A stretch of 64,000 nucleotides of DNA from a virus (taxonomy: Duplodnaviria; Heunggongvirae; Uroviricota; Caudoviricetes), in IMG/VR virus record IMGVR_UViG_3300042295_001370, positions 5,673 to 69,672 of that record; one strand, given 5' to 3'. The position numbers and the translations under genes are program-made. How positions within the stretch are numbered: position 1 is the first letter of the stretch; the number at the start of each line of letters is the position of its first letter. The notes under the pieces are model-generated. The model did no database searches and was not told the origin of the DNA. It saw nothing but the letters and a program-made list of their open reading frames with translations. Below are positions 56,514 through 64,000 of this stretch, one piece after another.

Positions 56514-56927
56514 CTAATCTTCCCGGTTGGTATTACGGCGCACACTGCCTTGGTGGCATTTGAGCTCTAGGGCGTCAACCGGTCGCTCGTCCCAATCCTC
56601 GTATTCATAGTGCCTGCGGCCACCCATCCAACGCTCGACCAGGCCGAGATAATAAGTGAGCTCACCTAGCTTGTATGCCTTGCTAGCATCGCTACGGTTG
56701 CTGGGATCAAAGAGCTTCTCCAGCAGTTGGCCAATCCGTTCCGCGTCGCTGAGATGAGTCTTGGGCTTGAGGAGATCAACTTGATCGCTGCCATTCTCAT
56801 CATCATACCAAGTGCCGTCCTGCAAGCGTTCCTGTGCCACTTGGGCAAGGATCAGCTGCTTCTCCAATCCTGTGGAGTAAACAAACACACGGTCGTCATG
56901 CTTCTCGCGGAATCGAATCAGTCGCAT
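56514..56927 (-). CDS. Hypothetical protein, paralog of 57445-57837
   Basis: MRLIRFREKHDDRVF..LILAQVAQERL..WYD.ENGSDQVD. Confidence 0.7.
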   Translation of the reverse strand: MRLIRFREKHDDRVFVYSTGLEKQLILAQVAQERLQDGTWYDDENGSDQVDLLKPKTHLSDAERIGQLLEKLFDPSNRSDASKAYKLGELTYYLGLVERWMGGRRHYEYEDWDERPVDALELKCHQGSVRRNTNRED

Positions 56928-56954
56928 CAGAGGGTTCCTTGTGTGATGAGTGAA

Positions 56955-57182
56955 TTACTCGTCAACAATGTCGTCAGCTAGCACAAGTTGCAGGTGACTC
57001 ACACAGCCGCCGTTCACCTTCTGCAGGCCCCAAACACCATAGTCGCTGCATTCTAGCGTGCCCTTGATCTCGCTCAACACATAGCCTACATCAAAGGGAT
57101 AGGCCACCTGTTTGCCACGCACTGTCACAGTCTCGGGATGGTCGTAAATCAGTTCCAAAGTGACAACAACACGTTTCTTCAC
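56955..57182 (-). CDS. Hypothetical protein
   Basis: 75-aa ORF under promoter 57212-57239. Confidence 0.5.
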   Translation of the reverse strand: MKKRVVVTLELIYDHPETVTVRGKQVAYPFDVGYVLSEIKGTLECSDYGVWGLQKVNGGCVSHLQLVLADDIVDE

Positions 57183-57245
57183 AGCATGTCTCCCATTTGT
57201 TTCCTGTGCCTAGTGTAGCACACCACAGACGATTGTCAACGACTC

Positions 57246-57433
57246 TTATGGGTTGTTGTTCACCGCAATGATTTTGGCAGAGATGGATTGGATAGCCTCC
57301 CGAGTGAGGCGCTGGATCTCCGCTTGATGTTGATCAAAAAAAAGCTTGCTTGCGAGTTTGGTTTGGGCTGATCCACAGCACATTGTTCTTGTCCACACTC
57401 CATTCAAACACCAAACCTAGCCAGTGTTTTCAT
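57246..57433 (-). pseudogene. Frameshifted small gene (homopolymer insertions)
   Basis: Removing one A from ATGAAAA and one T from the T8 run (57336-57343) gives an open 61-aa frame. Confidence 0.4.
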
Positions 57434-57444
57434 GATATCAACCT

Positions 57445-57837
57445 CTATGTTGCAGAGCTGGTGCGACGCACGCTGCCCTCGTAGTGGGTGAGTTGACACT
57501 GTTCGACAGGCAGTTCATCCCAGCCCTCATACTCATAGTCCCGGCGAGCTCGCATCCATTGCGCAACCTGGTGCAGATAATAGCTGGTAGGGTTGGTGTT
57601 GGGCCGGGCAGAAGGGTCGTGCAGCCTCTTGAGCAGAAGTGCGATCTTGTCCGCATCACTGAGATGCCGCATGGGCCACAGCCTGTCAACCTGATCACTG
57701 CCATTCTCAGTGTCATACCAATAGCCTTCGTCCAGCCTTTCCTGTGCAACCTGCGCTAGGATCAGCTGAAGTTCCTCTTTGGTTTTGAAAAGGAAAACTC
57801 GATCGCCATGCTTCTCGCGGAATCGAAGAAGTTTCAT
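57445..57837 (-). CDS. Hypothetical protein, paralog of 56514-56927
   Basis: MKLLRFREKHGDRVF..LILAQVAQERL..WYD.ENGSDQVD. Confidence 0.7.
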   Translation of the reverse strand: MKLLRFREKHGDRVFLFKTKEELQLILAQVAQERLDEGYWYDTENGSDQVDRLWPMRHLSDADKIALLLKRLHDPSARPNTNPTSYYLHQVAQWMRARRDYEYEGWDELPVEQCQLTHYEGSVRRTSSAT

Positions 57838-57998
57838 TACTCAGCGGTCCTTGGGGCCCTGTAGTAGGAGATTAGTGCCTCTACCAGTTCATTTCTGGTG
57901 AAAGCTTCTGGGTTGGGCTCGCCACTCAAATCACATGATCTGCAATAGCAGAGCCTGTTATGCTCACAAAGTTCGCATGTTTCTCGGATTACTGTCAT
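57837..57998 (-). CDS. Small Cys-rich protein (not in ORF track)
   Basis: MTVIRETCELCEHNRLCYCRSC..., 53 aa, TAATG overlap with next gene. Confidence 0.5.
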   Translation of the reverse strand: MTVIRETCELCEHNRLCYCRSCDLSGEPNPEAFTRNELVEALISYYRAPRTAE

Positions 57999-58050
57999 GG
58001 GCAAAGGTCCTTACTCTGTCTCTGGCACTGTAGCATAACTCTAGTCAGTG

Positions 58051-58479
58051 TCAACCAGTTTGATGGGCCTTGTCAGCCCAGGCAGTGTAGTAGACGGCAT
58101 ATTCTGAGGTCTTGCTCTCCCAATGAGCCACAAACTTGTCACAGGCTTCCTGCTCAGTGTCAGCCAGCACCACCAGGGTCTCAACTCTCTGCTCGCGCCC
58201 ATCTTGCATGTAGTGGCTCACGCTCACCGTGCCCTGCACCAACCAACGAGGCTGATCCACACAACTCAGCAGTTGGTCCAGCTTGGCATTGAGCTGGGTG
58301 TTTATCCGAGCCTCACGCTCGTCACCTTGCTGGATGAAAATCTTTTGGCTTTCGATGACAGAGTAGGCTGCCAGCATGAGGTTGATCACATCCTTGGGAA
58401 ACTCATCTCGCCGGGTGTTGGCAATCTCCCAAAGATGCTGTTCCAGCGGTTGGGTCTTGCCAAATGCAGTGATGTCCAT
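58051..58479 (-). CDS. Hypothetical protein
   Basis: 142-aa ORF. Confidence 0.6.
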   Translation of the reverse strand: MDITAFGKTQPLEQHLWEIANTRRDEFPKDVINLMLAAYSVIESQKIFIQQGDEREARINTQLNAKLDQLLSCVDQPRWLVQGTVSVSHYMQDGREQRVETLVVLADTEQEACDKFVAHWESKTSEYAVYYTAWADKAHQTG

Positions 58480-58491
58480 GATCTTGATCCT

Positions 58492-58686
58492 TCAGTTGCT
58501 GAGCTTGATAAACTCAAAGCCTTCTGGCATGTTCCAGTTGCTGGGAAACTCATCTTGCTCTGTTACATAATGGGTAGCAATAATGCAATCCCATACGTCG
58601 CCATCGTCATTGCCTACCATCACAGGAACATCGCCGTGCTGCTCCTTCAAGGTTTGCAGCCGTTCAATCAGCTCGGAAACTTGCAT
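58492..58686 (-). CDS. Conserved small phage protein
   Basis: M.VSELIE.LQ..K..HGD.PV motif. Confidence 0.65.
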   Translation of the reverse strand: MQVSELIERLQTLKEQHGDVPVMVGNDDGDVWDCIIATHYVTEQDEFPSNWNMPEGFEFIKLSN

Positions 58687-58768
58687 CTCTCTACGTCCTT
58701 TAGCTTATGTAGGCATACTAGCATGGGTTGACCACCCTGTCAACCATTTGTTCTGAAAAAATCGCCTG

Positions 58769-58963
58769 TTAGCGCGTGTAGTTGTGGTTGTCCGAGCCCC
58801 TGGTGATCACAATGTCACCCAACTTAATGGTGACCTCAGTGGTAACGTAGCCTTGGCTGTAGTTCTCCTCATACACCTCCACCTCAACGGTGAGATGATC
58901 ACGGAGGAAATCTGCTAGGGCAGAAAGTGGGATCATGCCATCCAGTTGGGGTTCATCGCTCAC
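58769..58963 (-). CDS. Hypothetical protein
   Basis: GTG start after GGAGG; promoter 58989-59017. Confidence 0.55.
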   Translation of the reverse strand: MSDEPQLDGMIPLSALADFLRDHLTVEVEVYEENYSQGYVTTEVTIKLGDIVITRGSDNHNYTR

Positions 58964-59039
58964 AGCAGCCTCCTTGTTTACAGTAAGGAATGTAGCACAA
59001 GGAGGCTGGCCTGTCAACCATTTTTTGCGTAAATATCCC

Positions 59040-59867
59040 ATGCGTATAACAGATCTCAATCCCCGGATCCTACGGGAAAGCTTCTCCAACATCAGCGTTG
59101 AGCAGTTGGGCATCAAAAATCTAGTGGACCAAGCTGATGACAGTTTGACCGGAGAGGCTGCTGATGCCCTAGAGGGATTTGTAGGAGTGCCACCGGATGC
59201 CCAAAACAAGGGCATGTGGGGCGGAATCATGAAAAGTGCTCAACTGGAAGATGCCTACAGCCCACAGCCAAGTGAGCGGGGCCAACGGATCCGAGCCAGC
59301 CTGGAGCAGAGTTTTAGGCCAGTGCAAGCGGCCTTGCGGAGGAAGTTTGGCGACACCATACGTCTCTATCGAGCTCAAACCCCTGTGGGTGACAAAGGTG
59401 GTCCCCGGCACACACTCAGCTGGACAAGTGACCCCCGCGTTGCAGCTTGGTTTGCAGGAGTAGATCCCAGGCTCATGAAGGTCAAGCCCATAACTGATCA
59501 GGCTATTCAACAAGCAGTGCAAGAGTATAACCAAAAGGGCAAAGTCACTTGGAGAGGGAAACAATATGTGCGCACTGATGAGCCCACCAATGACCCTGAC
59601 CTAGACCCTTATTATTATCACATCTTTGACAGCGATGGTGACATGATAACTGATGGGGACGATTTAGAGGAGCAGTTCCGAGAAGACCAAACTTGGATCA
59701 CTGAGCTGTTGCAAAAGAGAGACCGCAAGCTTGAGAAAGTCCTGCAAGCTGACATACCTGTTAACAGCATCATCTGGATAACCGATCGTGCAGGACAAAG
59801 CGAGTTCATCCTGCACAACCAGCCCGGGCGCCCGGGATTTGTCACCAGCCTGGGCCAGCTGGGCTAG
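59040..59867 (+). CDS. Putative ADP-ribosyltransferase-fold protein with N-terminal leader
   Basis: IRLYR, LSWTSD..VA.WF and QSEFIL match R-S-E strands; TAAATA 4 nt before ATG; only plus-strand gene in the early region. Confidence 0.55.
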   Translation: MRITDLNPRILRESFSNISVEQLGIKNLVDQADDSLTGEAADALEGFVGVPPDAQNKGMWGGIMKSAQLEDAYSPQPSERGQRIRASLEQSFRPVQAALRRKFGDTIRLYRAQTPVGDKGGPRHTLSWTSDPRVAAWFAGVDPRLMKVKPITDQAIQQAVQEYNQKGKVTWRGKQYVRTDEPTNDPDLDPYYYHIFDSDGDMITDGDDLEEQFREDQTWITELLQKRDRKLEKVLQADIPVNSIIWITDRAGQSEFILHNQPGRPGFVTSLGQLG

Positions 59868-59871
59868 CCTA

Positions 59872-60288
59872 TTACTGCTTTTTGGTAGGATCCATGCTCC
59901 GGCGGATCTCAGCCGTTTCTTTTTGCATCCAGGTTGTCACCAGCTCTAGTCCAGGATCCACAACTTGGTTGAAGCGTGGGTGATTGAGCACTCGCTCGCC
60001 CATCTCACTGCCAGCAATCAGCAGCACTGTCTGTCGGCTGGGCACCAGTGCTGACACACTACCAACAAAAATCATCAGCACCAAAAACGCCCAAAGCCAG
60101 CGCCAGCTGTGGATTTTGACGTGATTGGCATATTCCACAGTGCGGAAATTGGTAGCGTCAAGACTTACGACCCAAACGACACCGCAGACTGCTATTCCAA
60201 ATCCAAACAGAACAGCAACAAATACCAGAAAGCTACCAATACTGCCTGTTACGCCAGCAAGGTAGATGAGAAGGCTGAGGTTGTTCAC
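59872..60288 (-). CDS. Membrane protein
   Basis: Three hydrophobic segments. Confidence 0.65.
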   Translation of the reverse strand: MNNLSLLIYLAGVTGSIGSFLVFVAVLFGFGIAVCGVVWVVSLDATNFRTVEYANHVKIHSWRWLWAFLVLMIFVGSVSALVPSRQTVLLIAGSEMGERVLNHPRFNQVVDPGLELVTTWMQKETAEIRRSMDPTKKQ

Positions 60289-60312
60289 AGCACGGTTTCC
60301 TTGTTTTTGAGG

Positions 60313-61257
60313 TTATAGAGTGTCATCAGTGTCGCAGTCATCATCGTCGCCACCGTTCAGCATCAGGTCCACATGCTGCTGGCAGCGAAGAAAAAAACTT
60401 TTGTAGAGAGGGTATTCGGCGCACTGACTGCCCTTGCCAGTTTGCGGGTGCCATGTCATGCGCAGTCCACACATGTTGTCTGATACCAACAGAAAGGCAC
60501 TCATCTCCCGGAGAAAGTCGTCAACTTCGGGATGATCGACGTCACGTCCTGCCACTGCCCACAGCCGCATGAGATCAGCGTAAGAGCGGATGCCAGTTGT
60601 GGCACCACCATAGCTTTCAAAGCTGCTGCCTCCAGTTAGCAAGGCAGCCCAGTGATCCCGTAGGGAGTGGGTGTCCCGCCAGCGCCAATAAGCCATCTCA
60701 AAGTTCATACCATCCGGGTGATCCTGTGCCAGCTTGAAGAGGCTGCGGTAGCGTTCCTGACCCCGCTTGTAGTTCATCTCCAGTGTGGTCACATCGCCAT
60801 TCCAGTGTTCACTCTGCTGGGCTAGATGGTCCCATGCCCAAGCGTGGCACATGGTCCAGCCCAGGAGATGCCCACCGCCCCGGGGATTGCGAGCACCTCT
60901 CACCCACACCCGATCAGATCGAATCCACTCCATGAGGGTTTCCATGCTGTCAAGCTGTAGTGGATCCACAGCGGGCTCGTGGTAGGGATTTTCTCCCTCT
61001 GGCATGCTCTCCATGCTTTCGCGAGTTTTGCCCAGGATCCAGCGTTGATTCCACTCTGTGCCCACATCTTCAATACCACCGTAGTCGTTGTAGACTGCAC
61101 GTAGCGGGAGCGCATAGGGCTTCCAGTAGTGGCTGGCATAGCAAGCGCCATCAGCACCACCAGAGTCAGTGACCTGGCTCAACATGATCAGCACCACAGG
61201 ATCGCCTGAATGGATGGGCAAGCGTGTGATCCCACAAGTTTCGTTCCAGCTGCCCAT
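60313..61257 (-). CDS. Conserved phage hypothetical protein
   Basis: MGSWNETCGITRLPI..GD.V..P.R..YNDYG; promoter 61283-61310. Confidence 0.7.
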   Translation of the reverse strand: MGSWNETCGITRLPIHSGDPVVLIMLSQVTDSGGADGACYASHYWKPYALPLRAVYNDYGGIEDVGTEWNQRWILGKTRESMESMPEGENPYHEPAVDPLQLDSMETLMEWIRSDRVWVRGARNPRGGGHLLGWTMCHAWAWDHLAQQSEHWNGDVTTLEMNYKRGQERYRSLFKLAQDHPDGMNFEMAYWRWRDTHSLRDHWAALLTGGSSFESYGGATTGIRSYADLMRLWAVAGRDVDHPEVDDFLREMSAFLLVSDNMCGLRMTWHPQTGKGSQCAEYPLYKSFFLRCQQHVDLMLNGGDDDDCDTDDTL

Positions 61258-61306
61258 CAACCTGTCTCCTTTGTATGCGCGGATTATAGCAGTGGCAGAG
61301 AGTATG

Positions 61307-62125
61307 TCAAGGGTTATCTGTTTTGTATTCAGGCGGTGCGTCTTCAAACAGCACAGCCACTCGGTTTGTGACTCGATTGAGAGGAGGCAGATCATAGCTT
61401 TGCACCTCGCTCCGGGCAAACAGTGTGCCGGGATCTGGCCTGTAGTTTTCCGGAATCAACCCCAGCTCAGAGTCATTCAACGTGCGTTGCACTACACGTC
61501 GACGTACCCAAGTTCCTCGCTTGAATGCTGCGGGATATGAGCTCCAGTTGACGCCACTTTGCCAAATGAGTTCCTGTTGCTGTTTTTGATCTAGGCCTTG
61601 CAGCTCTTTGTGGCTGCGATAGTGATGGGCAGCCATGCTCACGGAATTTTTGGCACAATCAAGATTGCGCCAAAGTAACATGTTCGCCGTCTCACTCAAA
61701 CTGGGCATGCTGATGACTCTTGCATCAAAGTGCGGCAGGCGGAGCACCAGCTGCTGCCAGTTGGGAAAATACTGAATAACATTCTCAATGAATGCTGCTG
61801 TGGCCAGGCCAGCCAGCACACTGGTCATCTTGGTTATCTTGCCATCAAACCAACCATGGCCATTGCCTGTGGGCACCCACACCAAGCTGATCTCGTCACT
61901 TTGAACATACCCGAGAGTAGCTTGGGTTTTCTCCACCAAGGTTCGAGTGGTTTCGATCATGCTAGTGGTCATGCCAGTGTCGTAAGGTCGCTCCATGTCC
62001 TTGGTGAACTTGCTGAAGCCCCGTCCGTCAATACGCGCATAGATGGGCAAGCTGAACAGGAAGCGTCGATCAGTTTCCTGCTGTTCCAGCAGCTTCATCC
62101 TGTCGCCAAGACTGTCCTTGCTCAT
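61307..62125 (-). CDS. thg1: tRNA(His) guanylyltransferase Thg1-like protein
   Basis: RIDGRGFSKFT, GYVQSDEISL, FDAR. Confidence 0.9.
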   Translation of the reverse strand: MSKDSLGDRMKLLEQQETDRRFLFSLPIYARIDGRGFSKFTKDMERPYDTGMTTSMIETTRTLVEKTQATLGYVQSDEISLVWVPTGNGHGWFDGKITKMTSVLAGLATAAFIENVIQYFPNWQQLVLRLPHFDARVISMPSLSETANMLLWRNLDCAKNSVSMAAHHYRSHKELQGLDQKQQQELIWQSGVNWSSYPAAFKRGTWVRRRVVQRTLNDSELGLIPENYRPDPGTLFARSEVQSYDLPPLNRVTNRVAVLFEDAPPEYKTDNP

Positions 62126-62132
62126 GTGACCC

Positions 62133-62720
62133 TCAAACTGGAGTGATGACAGTGGTGCGCACAGTTTCGGTCTGCACATCTGCCCAAATGTATGTGTCGT
62201 TCAAGCGATCCTGGTGGAGCCTGGCTGACTTGCGGTAGTCGCGCTCAACTACCTTCAGTCTCTTGAGGCGATTGTCTACATGTTCCAGCCACTCTTGATT
62301 TGGCGCATCAGCTTGCGTCCACCGGGAGAAGTCTGGGATGCCGACAGGCGGGTCCCAAAAGAAATATGGGGCGTTGGGTGGTTCAAGCCCTTGGCTCAGC
62401 TTTTCTGACACGGTGCGCCAATATTCTTGATCTAGCCTGATCTCATCAAGATACTTGAGAATATTTTCAAGATCTTTTTTGGTCTGCAACGTCACAAGCT
62501 CAATCAAATCTTGGCATTGCTTTGGTGTGAGCGCAGTTGCATCGAAATCAAGGGCAGGTGCTTGATTGTACCAATGAACCCAAAAAGCCAAAGTGGGATC
62601 AAAAGTATTTTTCTCCACAATGGAGCGCACGGCATCGCCCGACATTCTCACAAACTGTTTACCAGTTTGGCCCAAGAGTGCTCGACGATTTTGTGTGGAC
62701 TTTTTCACAATGGTGATCAT
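62133..62720 (-). CDS. Hypothetical protein
   Basis: 195-aa ORF under promoter 62742-62769. Confidence 0.6.
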   Translation of the reverse strand: MITIVKKSTQNRRALLGQTGKQFVRMSGDAVRSIVEKNTFDPTLAFWVHWYNQAPALDFDATALTPKQCQDLIELVTLQTKKDLENILKYLDEIRLDQEYWRTVSEKLSQGLEPPNAPYFFWDPPVGIPDFSRWTQADAPNQEWLEHVDNRLKRLKVVERDYRKSARLHQDRLNDTYIWADVQTETVRTTVITPV

Positions 62721-62765
62721 CAGCGTGTTCCTTTCCCCAGCACTATAGCAGTATTGATTGGATTG

Positions 62766-63224
62766 TCAATCAGCTAGCTTGAGTCGCTCGCAAATCTCCA
62801 GGTAAAACTCATGGTAGCGAGCCATGCGCCGAATGTCCTTCTCTGTGACACCTTTCAAGCGCCGGATATCCGAGTTGTGACGCAGGTCGCACTTTTTCAC
62901 ACGCATGGCATCGGGGTTGGCGAAAACTCGAGCCTTGTATTCGTCGAGTGTTTCACCCGGCACTTTGGTCAGTGCCCTCACGCCCGCAATCACACGCTCG
63001 GTGCAGCCAATATCTCTGAGATCAGCGTAGGTGGCATCAGTATCTTCACACACGTCGTGGAGCAAACTAATGCATTGCAGCTCTTCGTCCTCGGTGCGCA
63101 AATAGTGCATAACCTTTAGGACGTGGAGCAAATATGGAGCACCTCCCTTGTCAAACTGACCAGCATGTGCGTTGGTGGCAAAAACCAAACACTTGCCTAG
63201 CAGCTCACCTTTGGTCATAATCAT
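62766..63224 (-). CDS. HD-domain (p)ppGpp hydrolase-like protein (Mesh1/SpoT-HD type)
   Basis: AH.GQ.DK.G.PY..H..V..LLHDV.EDT..VK.CD..HN. Confidence 0.85.
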   Translation of the reverse strand: MIMTKGELLGKCLVFATNAHAGQFDKGGAPYLLHVLKVMHYLRTEDEELQCISLLHDVCEDTDATYADLRDIGCTERVIAGVRALTKVPGETLDEYKARVFANPDAMRVKKCDLRHNSDIRRLKGVTEKDIRRMARYHEFYLEICERLKLAD

Positions 63225-63246
63225 TCCTTCCGTGTCCCTTGATAAC

Positions 63247-63582
63247 TTACGCTGAAGGGCTGGGCTCGTCAACTGATGTTTTCTCAGCAGCGTTTTTGTC
63301 CATACGGCTTTTCAAGAAATGACGCCAATGAATGGGTTTCCGTTTCACAAGCTCTTCACAGAGAATAGTGCGCCACTCTTTAACCAACTCCAATTGGCCA
63401 ATGGGATAACCCAAACTTGGCATATTGAGATAGATAAGTATGAGATTGTCTTGAACTTCTTGGGTTGTGCGATACTTCAACAAAGCCAGTTCACAATCCA
63501 ATCTATCACGATCCAAGCTTAGCGGACAGCAGAGATCTGCAGAAACGCTCCAATCTTCAATTATCTCACCCATGTCAGCCAC
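63247..63582 (-). CDS. Hypothetical protein
   Basis: 111-aa ORF, GAGGA RBS. Confidence 0.5.
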   Translation of the reverse strand: MADMGEIIEDWSVSADLCCPLSLDRDRLDCELALLKYRTTQEVQDNLILIYLNMPSLGYPIGQLELVKEWRTILCEELVKRKPIHWRHFLKSRMDKNAAEKTSVDEPSPSA

Positions 63583-63764
63583 ATCATCATTGCATCCTCA
63601 AATTTTTGAAAATCCCACGTGCCATTCTCCCAACCAATGCTCCACAACACACCTTCATTGCCAAAATGCTCTACACACCAATGGTCCATAGGTGTCCAAT
63701 CCACCACATCAAAGTTCATTCTCACGCTCCAAGGAAACAATAGATTGTGTGTTTTTTCAATCAC
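63561..63764 (-). CDS. Small hypothetical protein (F..eDA..L.W family)
   Basis: GTG start; C-terminus WDFQKFEDAMMMWLTW. Confidence 0.55.
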   Translation of the reverse strand: MIEKTHNLLFPWSVRMNFDVVDWTPMDHWCVEHFGNEGVLWSIGWENGTWDFQKFEDAMMMWLTWVR

Positions 63765-64000
63765 CCTTGCCCCGTTGGATCTCCCAAGGAAAAACATACC
63801 AAATGGGATCTTGTTCCTTGTTGATTTTTGAGCCCCAAAAGTCACTTTGGTGAGAGCTGACTTCATTTTCCAACAGCACGCCAAATTTGATATTGTTTTT
63901 GGGCCATAATGATTGATGTTCTGGCAAACTGTTCACTACAGTGGTCCAAGTGTTTTTGATCTTGATCCCTGTTGCACCACTGTCGTTTATATCATCAACC
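63757..64000 (-). CDS. Type I phosphoribosyltransferase (Gpt-like), 5'-truncated (not in ORF track)
   Basis: Minus-strand frame VDDINDSGAT (PRPP-binding loop)..WYVFPWE*. Confidence 0.85.
   Translation of the reverse strand, partial: VDDINDSGATGIKIKNTWTTVVNSLPEHQSLWPKNNIKFGVLLENEVSSHQSDFWGSKINKEQDPIWYVFPWEIQRGKGD

Larger units (their letters stand above)
5917..59035. promoter_or_regulatory. Dispersed late promoters, core TAAATA
   Basis: Minus: 5917, 7705, 10098, 14056, 15402, 24100, 31752, 39779; plus: 10109, 18325, 20996, 24127, 59030; each just upstream of a structural, leader-bearing or homing-endonuclease gene. Confidence 0.75.
34734..62769 (-). promoter_or_regulatory. At least 20 dispersed sigma70-type early promoters, TTGACA-N16/17-(TGC)TATAAT
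   Basis: Sites starting at 34734, 36625, 40411, 43585, 44136, 45891, 46098, 47227, 47742, 48681, 50453, 52946, 53708, 55052, 55533, 56138, 57212, 58027, 58715, 58989, 61283, 62742. Confidence 0.85.

Noticed and set aside
58935-59039. Extended N-terminus of the ART-like ORF
   Set aside because: Overlaps an opposite-strand gene and promoter; TAAATA and the leader motif point to ATG 59040.
42000-63800. Numerous 60-220 aa plus-strand ORFs in the early region
   Set aside because: Antisense shadows of GC-rich minus-strand genes, lacking promoters or RBS.
1-64000. tRNA, rRNA, CRISPR, DGR or retron loci
   Set aside because: No cloverleaf, repeat-spacer array, reverse transcriptase or template/variable repeat pair recognised by eye; a tRNAscan or Infernal run would be needed to exclude them.

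Overview
A 64 kb segment of a T4-like jumbo myophage genome; no CRISPR array, rRNA or tRNA was recognised. About 1-32 kb is the late/virion and recombination module: 2OG-Fe(II) oxygenase, collagen-like fibre genes, tail fibre, gp20 portal, tape measure, gp26/gp51-like chaperones, Holliday junction resolvase, gp46/gp47, gp55 late sigma factor, baseplate genes, gp5-like spike and three free-standing homing endonucleases, with TAAATA late promoters. About 32-64 kb is a visibly GC-richer, almost all minus-strand early region of small ORFs with at least 20 sigma70-type promoters, plus pyrB, purM, purN, UDP-glucuronate decarboxylase, SNF2 helicase, Thg1-like, HD hydrolase and PRTase genes. Highlights: (1) a textbook -1 frameshift signal fusing gp26-like to gp51-like; (2) a resolvase gene split by an inverted cassette carrying an HNH nuclease and a replacement resolvase; (3) a ~370-nt structured non-coding region beside a protein that may resemble the N-terminal half of TnpB without RuvC; (4) four late enzymes sharing a capsid-targeting-like leader (ligase/HxGH/Acb1-like fusion, pol-beta NTase, ParB-like, ADP-ribosyltransferase-like), possibly an injected counter-defence arsenal. 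Family calls are motif recognition by eye; no database searches were run.
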